Of a stretch of DNA of 36,983 nt, positions 30,195-36,983 are shown piece by piece. This DNA comes from a virus: IMG/VR virus record IMGVR_UViG_3300011758_000001, positions 1 to 36,983 of that record. The stretch is one strand, 5' to 3'. Both the position numbers and the translations under genes were made by a program. Position 1 is the stretch's first letter. The number at the start of each line of letters is the position of its first letter. Under the pieces are notes generated by a model. That model was given only the letters and a program-made list of their open reading frames with translations. It was not told the origin of the DNA and searched no databases.

Positions 30195-31580
30195 TTAAAC
30201 CCCCAGTGGCTCCACTTTTGCCTCTAATCGTGCAATAGACAAACGCGCATCTGATGTGCCTGTAAATCGTTGGATACGCCAGTTTTGCATATAGCCCTGC
30301 TGGAACCATACAAGGCGCTTAGTACGCTGACCTTGCTTACCCACACTAATAAATTTAGGCATGGACCACTCAATACCATCTACTGAGTATTGTGTGTAGA
30401 TTCTGGATTCTTTATTGAAAGCATTGCGACCAGTTAAAGCCACCAATTCGAGTTGATGGAAGATGGCGCCGGTAGAATTGTTATAAACAATCGCTGTACC
30501 AAACTGCCATTCGACAACCTCACCCCAATGCTCACCGGATTGGTCTGTCAGCACACCAAGTCTTGCTTCTGTTGTGTGACCAACAAACCATTGGTTATGT
30601 GCATAGGTCATGTTTCGAGCCTTGTAGCCGCCACCGCTATTTAAAATAAACCATGTGGATTGCTCGGTCGCTTGTGAGGCTGTTGCATCATAAACCAGTG
30701 TTTGATCTGGCAGATGAATGTAAAGCCAAGAATGACCTTCAATTTGACGTGACTCTAGTTGTGAGCTTGCAAGCTGGGATTCTGTGTATTCAGAAAGAAT
30801 CTGCTCTATTTCACGCGTTGCGATTTTTTGGGTTGATCCAGCTGCCGCAATATAAATACTAACTGCTTCATTTCGACCGCCTCCCAGCATTGCAATCGCA
30901 TCCATGTAGACACAGCATGCTTTTCTGCTGATCGCGCCTTTCATGACCTGTGCACCATCAATACGCTGAAATGGGAAGAACTCACCGCCGACGTTATCAA
31001 ATACCTCAATCGTGTGTCGGTTAAGCACATAGACTTCATTTCGAAGCTTAATTAGACCAACAATGGGGTCGGGGTCAACCTCAGACGAACCGTATTTAAG
31101 CGGGTTTACTTCAAATGGATTGTTTAGTTCGGTAACCACAATATTATTGCTATCACTTGTCATGAAGTAACCATCAATCCAGATTACGTCATGCACAGCC
31201 CCTAGATTTGAGTCAGTGACCTGTTTTAACGTGCCGCTATACAGATATAGCGATGTACCTGCATTAATGGCCAGATAATCAAATGAGTAGTCAAATGAAC
31301 ATGGGCCACCGGATTGCACATCACCCAGCTCGATAACCTGCCCGGATGCTGAGATTTTTACAAACTTGGTTCCGCACACCCGGTAATGCTCACCACGCCA
31401 AACAATACCGCCGCGATCTACACCTGGTAGGTCTGCGACATGATTAACACCCTCGGCTGGCCGCAAGTATCCCGCTGAAATCCCTTGTCCTTTTGGCACT
31501 GGAATCAGATTGACCGGATATGCTGTGCGAAAGTCAGAGTTATTGTCAGTATAGATTCCATCCAAAATAGGGATTTGCAT
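30195..31580 (-). CDS. P22 gp10-like packaged-DNA stabilisation / tail hub protein
   Basis: GYLRPAEG, YRVCGTKF and IATREIEQILSEYTESQLA...WLYIHLPDQTLVYDATASQ parallel P22 gp10 (SGYLRSFPG, YRVCGGKL, IATASIEKIIRSYTAEEMA...LLIIHLPRHVLVYDASSSQ). 461 aa versus 472 aa in P22. Confidence 0.85.
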   Translation of the reverse strand: MQIPILDGIYTDNNSDFRTAYPVNLIPVPKGQGISAGYLRPAEGVNHVADLPGVDRGGIVWRGEHYRVCGTKFVKISASGQVIELGDVQSGGPCSFDYSFDYLAINAGTSLYLYSGTLKQVTDSNLGAVHDVIWIDGYFMTSDSNNIVVTELNNPFEVNPLKYGSSEVDPDPIVGLIKLRNEVYVLNRHTIEVFDNVGGEFFPFQRIDGAQVMKGAISRKACCVYMDAIAMLGGGRNEAVSIYIAAAGSTQKIATREIEQILSEYTESQLASSQLESRQIEGHSWLYIHLPDQTLVYDATASQATEQSTWFILNSGGGYKARNMTYAHNQWFVGHTTEARLGVLTDQSGEHWGEVVEWQFGTAIVYNNSTGAIFHQLELVALTGRNAFNKESRIYTQYSVDGIEWSMPKFISVGKQGQRTKRLVWFQQGYMQNWRIQRFTGTSDARLSIARLEAKVEPLGV

Positions 31581-31582
31581 AT

Positions 31583-32035
31583 TTACCCCACTCGATACCA
31601 AGTATTTGAGAGCTTGTCGTACTTCAATTTAAAGAAACCGTTTGCAGCGAGCGCATTAGGCGCACCAATGACAAGCGCATTATTTCCATCGACTGAGAAG
31701 TTATTCACTTGTTGAGAGCAAGCAACCAACAAAACCTGACCATCCGTAACATCGTAACGCTCAGGCAGCTTGACTGAGCCAGTGGTTATGCTTACAGATG
31801 GATTGAGAATCAAATATGTGCCGACTTCGTGATTCTCGATATTGAGTGTGAAGTTTGCATTTGGATTGAAGTGCTGGATGTGAATCGGTGGATAATCAGC
31901 CTTCTTGATACTTTCCTGAATTTTTTCAATCAGTAAATCAACTGGCACACCACGATAATCCTGATTGTTTGCACTCCAAAGCACAACTGAATCATTTGGA
32001 CCAATGCGATCCGTAATATTTAATCGTTTATTCAT
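31583..32035 (-). CDS. Hypothetical virion-module protein
   Basis: 150-aa ORF between the gp4-like and gp10-like genes. Confidence 0.65.
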   Translation of the reverse strand: MNKRLNITDRIGPNDSVVLWSANNQDYRGVPVDLLIEKIQESIKKADYPPIHIQHFNPNANFTLNIENHEVGTYLILNPSVSITTGSVKLPERYDVTDGQVLLVACSQQVNNFSVDGNNALVIGAPNALAANGFFKLKYDKLSNTWYRVG

Positions 32036-32510
32036 TGGAAAAACTCACTGATGTATCTGGTGCAAAAACGGTTTTGGTGCATGTCTTTTCGATAAATGGG
32101 TGACATGTTGATTTATGGCCGGCACCACGCGGTAATGATGGATCAAGCTGCACACGTGGCGGGTTGCTCAGCATTGCTAGTTGAATGGTTTCAAACCCAT
32201 CTTTGGCCATAGCTTTGGTTTCAGCTGGTACAACCTTTCCGAATGCACCAGCCAATCGAATCGCTAAATTCAAAACCACCGCCTCAACCGCATAATCCGG
32301 GATAAAGGTCTCTTGATCCAAGTCACCACTATTGGCATCACCTGATAGCGGATAACCAAAACGAATGTCTTTGCTATCCCATAAGGCCATCATTGAATCG
32401 AGCTTGCGTTTAGCGCTTTCAACCTGCTCTGGCTGCATATCAAACACATAAGATGCAAGTCCCAGTTCTTCCAGTGCCTGCTCAACAATCTGTCTTTTTG
32501 TCCAGGACAT
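32028..32510 (-). CDS. P22 gp4-like head-to-tail adaptor
   Basis: IVEQALEELGLAS...KLDSMMALW...GYPLSGD...AVVLNLAIRLA parallels P22 gp4 (LVRAALRKLGVAS...DLEAMMAEW...GYVFSDD...AVFHNLACRIA). Confidence 0.75.
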   Translation of the reverse strand: MSWTKRQIVEQALEELGLASYVFDMQPEQVESAKRKLDSMMALWDSKDIRFGYPLSGDANSGDLDQETFIPDYAVEAVVLNLAIRLAGAFGKVVPAETKAMAKDGFETIQLAMLSNPPRVQLDPSLPRGAGHKSTCHPFIEKTCTKTVFAPDTSVSFSNE

Positions 32511-32526
32511 TTAGCACCCCATATAT

Positions 32527-32970
32527 TTAAGATTTATCGTCTGATTCAAGTACCAGATTGATTAGCACTGGCTTACCATCACGTGCACCGTATTCAATTT
32601 TTCGTTCATCAAGCACTTTGCGCAGGTCGTCAGCTGACATATCTTCGACTTCTTTAAATCGGATCTGTTTGCGTAGCTCTTGGTTTTCTTTTAATGCTTC
32701 AACCAGTTCTTCTTTTAGCTTGGTGTTTTCTTCACCTAGCGCATCGAGCTGTTCCATAGGGACGAAAGCATCCTTATTGAATTCACTCAAGCCACTTAAA
32801 GCACCTGCACCAATAGAACCACCAGCAACACTAATTTCACGCTCAGGCAAGTTGATGTAATCAACCCATCCGCTATCACGCAATACCTGCTCTTCGATAT
32901 CGTCGTGAACGGTGGAGTCTTCAAAGTTTTTCTGGTCGCCCTTGTAGAGCATCTTCGGATAATCGGACAT
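32527..32970 (-). CDS. Hypothetical protein with a C-terminal HeH/Rho-N-like motif
   Basis: ATG at 32970 with GGAG 8 nt upstream. MSADDLRKVLDERKIEYGARDGKPVLINLVL resembles an HeH DNA-binding motif. Confidence 0.6.
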   Translation of the reverse strand: MSDYPKMLYKGDQKNFEDSTVHDDIEEQVLRDSGWVDYINLPEREISVAGGSIGAGALSGLSEFNKDAFVPMEQLDALGEENTKLKEELVEALKENQELRKQIRFKEVEDMSADDLRKVLDERKIEYGARDGKPVLINLVLESDDKS

Positions 32971-32981
32971 TTTCACTACTC

Positions 32982-33023
32982 CAAAAATGACGACGCCCGC
33001 ATATAGCGGGCATTTGTCGTCAT
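32982..33023 (-). terminator. Strong hairpin terminator/attenuator immediately after the coat gene
   Basis: atgacgac-aaat-gcccgc-tatat-gcgggc-gtcgtcat followed by tttttgg on the minus strand. Confidence 0.75.
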
Positions 33024-33030
33024 GTTTTTA

Positions 33031-34293
33031 TTAGGTTTGATTGAACAGCTGAACACCGGCCATTTCTGGGTTAAGCAGCGCAGTGCCGAAGTCAATATCC
33101 CAACGCGCTTTACATGAAAGGTCGTTAATGTTGCCTTGGCGGGTGTATGTGATACCGATACCAAGATCAGTAGTCGCACGCATTACCTGCCAGCCGTCGT
33201 CCGCTTCAACAGCAAAAGTACCTGGAATCAAGATCAGGCTTTCTTTGCGGAAGAATGGGTTAAGTGGTGCAGCAACAGTATTTAGCCAAGTTAATGCAGC
33301 ACCAGTTGCTGGAGCATTGGTCACGTTCGCATATTCTTTCGAAGCAATAGAGCCTTCGGTCGGGTCGATAATCGCAGGGTAAATACGAAGTGTATTTGCT
33401 GCTGGCTTATCCACCACACGGAAAGTTTTAAGCGATCCGGTGTCTTGCTTGGTGATCAGGTGAACCTCATTCACGCCTGCAATAGTGAAAGCATCACCGA
33501 CTTGAATGTCGGCATAGCCCGCCGAAGTCACCACTAAATCTGTATAGCGATTGTCTTTGTTTTCTTCAAGACCCGCTGAAGTGGTGGTTGCAGCTGGAAT
33601 AGTACGTTGATTTGCACCATTCACAGTTGTAGCACCACCAGCCGCCGCAGTTAAGCGAACTTCTTGATCGTTTTTAAATACTTCAAAGCCTGCCACGTCA
33701 TGGCGAATCATGGCTTTTTCATAAGCATTTTTAGAACGAGCTGAGTCTTCAGAGCGGCTTGCTAAGTTACCTGCCATTGCATTCATGGCAGAAGGCGAAT
33801 AGAACGCCATGCGGCCATCAGCAGGAACACCAATACGCGTCATACGAGTATCAATGTCAGCAACATCATCATAACCGGTTGCTGCACCGGTACGCTTTGA
33901 CACGATCGAGCCAAACAATGCTGCGGTACGGAACAATGCGGTATTCACATCAGAGGCAAGTTTCTGCTTTGCTGCCTTACCGAATTGATCCATTGCATAC
34001 GCATTGCGCAAGTTTTTAGAAGAAAGGGTTTTAGGAACCGATTTGTGATAGCCGATTGATGCCGGAACGTTCAACTGAGTCAGTCCGTCAAAATTGGCAG
34101 TCTGGTCGAAACCATCGTAAGACGCACCGATCATTGGTGCAGGAATCCAGAACTTATCACGCGCATTCACTGCTTCTTGAGCAGTCATTGGGTCGTATAG
34201 TTCGGCCCCTTTTGCAATAACAAGCAGGTCTTCAAAACCTTCGATCACATCATCAAACATGACCTGTTCTTGTTTAGTAAAGCTTGTAGCCAT
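33031..34293 (-). CDS. Major capsid protein, P22 coat family
   Basis: 420 aa. The landmarks are collinear with P22 gp5: HDVAGFEVF vs RQVAGFDDV, VGDAFTIAGV vs RGDKISFAGV, TFRVV vs TFSVVRVV, YANVT vs YANVN, and the C-terminal QGNINDLSCKARWDIDFG...PEMAGV vs QGDISTLSGLCRIALWYG...PEAIGV. Confidence 0.85.
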   Translation of the reverse strand: MATSFTKQEQVMFDDVIEGFEDLLVIAKGAELYDPMTAQEAVNARDKFWIPAPMIGASYDGFDQTANFDGLTQLNVPASIGYHKSVPKTLSSKNLRNAYAMDQFGKAAKQKLASDVNTALFRTAALFGSIVSKRTGAATGYDDVADIDTRMTRIGVPADGRMAFYSPSAMNAMAGNLASRSEDSARSKNAYEKAMIRHDVAGFEVFKNDQEVRLTAAAGGATTVNGANQRTIPAATTTSAGLEENKDNRYTDLVVTSAGYADIQVGDAFTIAGVNEVHLITKQDTGSLKTFRVVDKPAANTLRIYPAIIDPTEGSIASKEYANVTNAPATGAALTWLNTVAAPLNPFFRKESLILIPGTFAVEADDGWQVMRATTDLGIGITYTRQGNINDLSCKARWDIDFGTALLNPEMAGVQLFNQT

Positions 34294-34304
34294 AAGTATT
34301 CACC

Positions 34305-35195
34305 TTATTTCTGTAGAGATTTTTTGTACTTAATTAGTTCAGTGCGATCGCCGGTTTTCGCTGCTTTCGCTTCGAGTTGCGCTAACTTTTGATCTACCGC
34401 ACCAGCCAATCCAGCCGAGCCACTAGGCTTGCGCTCTGGTTGAGTTGATGGCTTACGTGTTTGAATTTTCATTTGAGAGTCCAGTTTGGCAGCAGCAAAA
34501 GCAAATTGAATTGGATCTGTAATCTCAGCCAGTTCTTTCGCTTTATTTGGATGTTTGCCCAGGTGATACATGATCAACTCGGGGTTTTCCGCTGCATGAA
34601 TTAAAATGCCCTGCTGTGTCGGGGTGAGCTTGTCTTTTGCGGCCTCTTCCACTTCCTCAAAGTCGCGGACTTTGGCTGCCACAGCTTGACGACGCTCTTC
34701 ATAGCTTTGCATTTTGGTCTGCCAAGCCTGTTGCGCTTGCTCTTCTTCAGCCTGTTTTGATGCCTGTTGCTGTTCAACTTGGCGCTTGCGTTCATGCCAT
34801 TGTTCAACTGCGCTTTCGAATTGATCTTCATCATAATCAAAGTCGGAAAGTTTTGGTTTAGGCCCAACTTCAATCGGCTTCTCAGCCGGTTTAGCTTGTT
34901 GCACCTGAGCCTCTAGCTCCTTGATGCGTTTTCGTGCTTCCCGCTCTTTTTTGCGAAGGTCTTTTACCCATGCTGGTGCTGGTTGACCACTAAAATCATC
35001 CTCACCGGATGGCTCTGGGTCTTCATCGCCCACCGTGACAACAAACTCTTCATCTTCAGACGTCTCATCATCGGACTGGTTTGATTCATCTTGGGTTTCT
35101 TCTGGATCTTCTTGGTTTTCATCTTCCTGATTGTCTTCAATCGGGTCGATGTTGTCTTCTTCATCCAGTTCTGTGCGCAGGTCTTCAATTGACAT
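34305..35195 (-). CDS. Scaffolding protein
   Basis: Lies between the portal and coat genes. It has a highly acidic N-terminus, long Gln/Glu/Lys helices and a basic C-terminus. Confidence 0.75.
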   Translation of the reverse strand: MSIEDLRTELDEEDNIDPIEDNQEDENQEDPEETQDESNQSDDETSEDEEFVVTVGDEDPEPSGEDDFSGQPAPAWVKDLRKKEREARKRIKELEAQVQQAKPAEKPIEVGPKPKLSDFDYDEDQFESAVEQWHERKRQVEQQQASKQAEEEQAQQAWQTKMQSYEERRQAVAAKVRDFEEVEEAAKDKLTPTQQGILIHAAENPELIMYHLGKHPNKAKELAEITDPIQFAFAAAKLDSQMKIQTRKPSTQPERKPSGSAGLAGAVDQKLAQLEAKAAKTGDRTELIKYKKSLQK

Positions 35196-36983
35196 ATTGC
35201 ATTTCCTCGTTCTGTATAGGCTGAACGGTTGCCTGTTGTGGTTGCATACCTAGTTGACTAATCGCTTCAAGCACTGCTTGTCGCTCATCCATATCTAGGC
35301 GTGTCATTAAATCTATTGCTTTGGCTTTGGTTTCTTCTGCTCTTGCTATCGCAAGTTCAGTGTCTGCCTGTGCTTTAATTGCGAGTGATTTATTCTTTTC
35401 GGCTTCTGATTGCAGGTATAGCGTATTTGCATCAGGCTGCTGATTTTGGGCTTCTTGTGCGAGTTGCTGAGCTTCCTCTTTGGTTGGCTCTACAACACCC
35501 AGTCGCAGCAGTTTCTTGCGGTAATACTCACGGACTTCATTAACACCCTCGCCTTCCATGTTCATCATGATCATGGAGCCGAGCACTTGCTGGTCCATTG
35601 GATCACCCATGAGTGGCAGCATGTTTGTCAGTGAGCGCACGGTGGCAGATCGCTTGCTGGATGATGTCGGGCCAATATCAATCGCAACATCAAACTTGGC
35701 TTTGGTTAGATCGTTTGCACGCTCAACCTCGCCAGATGCTTCGTTGTAAATTGGCTTAAACAATTCAATTGAATCGATCTCATCCTGGTTGCCAACCACC
35801 TTCATCTTCCGGCCATCCTCGACATACAACTCAGATGCCATAGACAGCCAAATTTCACCAGAGCGACGCACGCCTTTAGCAAAGTTTGAAATGTAGATGA
35901 AAGACTGCATGTCTAAACGGTTTTGAATCAACTCGACCGCAACACCACTTATATTGGATTGCATCTCATCGCCAGAATCCTGATTACCCAGAATGTCTGA
36001 TAAATCCTGCTCAGTAACCTGAAGTAGTGCGCCCATTGCAGGTGGAATATTTGGCGGCTTGGTGTACGAAACTGGCCCTTGTGCAACCACATTACCCATT
36101 GCGTCTTTAAGCGGGTGTGCAAGTAAATACGGGAAGTTCTCAATGTTGTCTTGAGCCCACATATGTTGAACACCAGCAACCTGCTCTGGTGCAAGAATAG
36201 GCTTCTCAACACTGGACATGGCACTAAGTTCACCTAGCTTGGACAACTGCATGTTCTTGAGTCGCTGAGCGTCTTTACAGAGCCGGACATGGCCCATGCA
36301 GCGCTCCATATTATCGATGTACCAGCGCTTGCCATAGACAGGCACAATTGGGATGTGTCGACCAGCGATAAAGCCATAATCTTCAAGAACACGACCACCA
36401 GACATTAAAATCTTGCGAATGCGTTTTCGCTCAATGGTGCGAGATCGAACCTCTTGAGCGCCTGTTGCTTCCAGCTCCTCAAGAATGCTTGGATCGCTAT
36501 CAAGTTTTTCTTTGCTATAGCGCTCTTCGGATCCATCAATAAGTCGGTATGTAAAAACCTTCTCTTTAACTTTCTCAACACGGTAATACTCAGCAACATA
36601 AACCGAGTCGGTTGTGGACCAATCAAACTGACTGGCCGTGATGTCTTTATTCCAAGATGCTGGATGCTCACCGTATTCTTCTTGATAGGCATCACAGGTC
36701 ATTGCAGTTAGAACAAAGCAATAACGTGCATCAGCTTTATCCTGGCGTTTTGAGTCTGGGTCAAAGAAAACACAGGAATCAGCATCAAAGATTGGCTCAA
36801 TCCTGATTCGCTGCTGCTCGTTTTCTTCGTCATCCTCATCTTCATACGTTGCACGAAGACGCCACGCACCAAATCCACCGCCGACAGCTTCCTCAAACGC
36901 ATTGTCATACGCTTCTTCTGCTGATGAGTCCTGCTCGTCTGCCCGGTAAAGCTTTGCACAGGTATCAGCCAGATCATCGCTTG
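35185..36983 (-). CDS. Portal protein (P22 gp1-like), C-terminal 561 codons plus the repeated segment; the 5' part lies at 1-390
   Basis: GRHIPIVPVYGKRWYIDNMERCMGHVRLCKDAQRLKNMQ parallels P22 [38 protein letters not shown]. The frame is open from 36702 to the window end, so the Met in the track is internal. The combined length is about 691 aa. Confidence 0.9.
   Translation of the reverse strand, partial: SDDLADTCAKLYRADEQDSSAEEAYDNAFEEAVGGGFGAWRLRATYEDEDDEENEQQRIRIEPIFDADSCVFFDPDSKRQDKADARYCFVLTAMTCDAYQEEYGEHPASWNKDITASQFDWSTTDSVYVAEYYRVEKVKEKVFTYRLIDGSEERYSKEKLDSDPSILEELEATGAQEVRSRTIERKRIRKILMSGGRVLEDYGFIAGRHIPIVPVYGKRWYIDNMERCMGHVRLCKDAQRLKNMQLSKLGELSAMSSVEKPILAPEQVAGVQHMWAQDNIENFPYLLAHPLKDAMGNVVAQGPVSYTKPPNIPPAMGALLQVTEQDLSDILGNQDSGDEMQSNISGVAVELIQNRLDMQSFIYISNFAKGVRRSGEIWLSMASELYVEDGRKMKVVGNQDEIDSIELFKPIYNEASGEVERANDLTKAKFDVAIDIGPTSSSKRSATVRSLTNMLPLMGDPMDQQVLGSMIMMNMEGEGVNEVREYYRKKLLRLGVVEPTKEEAQQLAQEAQNQQPDANTLYLQSEAEKNKSLAIKAQADTELAIARAEETKAKAIDLMTRLDMDERQAVLEAISQLGMQPQQATVQPIQNEEMQYVN
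36871..36983. repeat. Terminal direct repeat copy 2 (identical to 1-113)
   Basis: Same comparison as copy 1. Confidence 0.97.

Larger units (their letters stand above)
1..36870. mobile_element. Complete temperate phage genome (one unit length): P22-like virion module, lambdoid regulation, integrase + attP
   Basis: Terminase, portal, scaffold, coat, tail adaptors, tailspike, lysis, cI/cro, replication, recombination and integrase genes are all present. The 113-bp end overlap closes the circle and the portal ORF is in frame across the junction. Confidence 0.85.

Noticed and set aside
36708-36977. Track ORF of 89 aa on the minus strand at the right end of the window
   Set aside because: It is in a different frame from the portal reading frame, which is open and shows P22-portal-like sequence (GAWRL...) across the same bases. 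It is an out-of-frame shadow ORF.
1-36983. Search for hallmark defence or diversity systems (reverse transcriptase/DGR or retron, CRISPR-Cas, restriction endonuclease next to the methyltransferases, Abi-type ATPases or nucleases, classical type II toxin-antitoxin pairs)
   Set aside because: No ORF shows RT motifs (YxDD), Cas-like domains, large P-loop NTPase or nuclease pairs, or a toxin partner next to the RHH genes. The RHH genes fit immunity-regulator roles instead.

Overview
The window holds one complete, circularly closed temperate phage genome of 36,870 bp. Bases 36871-36983 are an exact copy of 1-113, and the portal gene reads in frame across that junction. 

**Virion module (minus strand), P22-like:** small terminase, PBSX-type large terminase, P22-type portal, scaffold, P22-type coat, gp4-like and gp10-like tail adaptors, ejection proteins, and a beta-helix tailspike. 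A lysis cassette (two holin-like proteins and a GH19 endolysin) sits at the distal end, next to attP. 

**Regulation, lambdoid:**
- A cI (HTH + S24 peptidase) and Cro switch with six 12-bp TAAGnTTTCTTA-type operators.
- A PL operon (+) carrying RecT, an exonuclease, a C5 methyltransferase, an Xis-like protein, and a convergent tyrosine integrase with attP.
- A PR operon (-) carrying an RHH protein, an O-like initiator with internal iterons, DnaB, Dam, DUF1064 and a Q-like antiterminator.
- A candidate late promoter with a -10-like pause element and a short terminated leader.
- About ten intrinsic terminators scattered through the late operon.

**Secondary immunity:** a P22 immI-like module (Mnt-like, Arc-like, KilA-N antirepressor, three GCCACA-N3-TGTGGC operators) sits between ejection-protein genes. 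I predict a sar-like antisense RNA there, and an oop-like antisense RNA in the cII-equivalent region.

**Novelty:** I cannot identify a clear multi-gene defence system. The least explained loci are:
- the ~790-bp island between the Q-like gene and the first downstream ORF (3765-4555), with convergent overlapping small ORFs and repeats;
- the rex-equivalent locus between cI and PL (11497-11934);
- a 408-aa protein with internally duplicated Cys-rich and HTH-like modules (6265-7491);
- a secreted moron protein (26689-27027).

Family assignments come from motif recognition by eye, with no database search. The host is not determinable from the sequence. AT-rich codon usage suggests a low-GC gammaproteobacterium such as Acinetobacter, but this is a guess.
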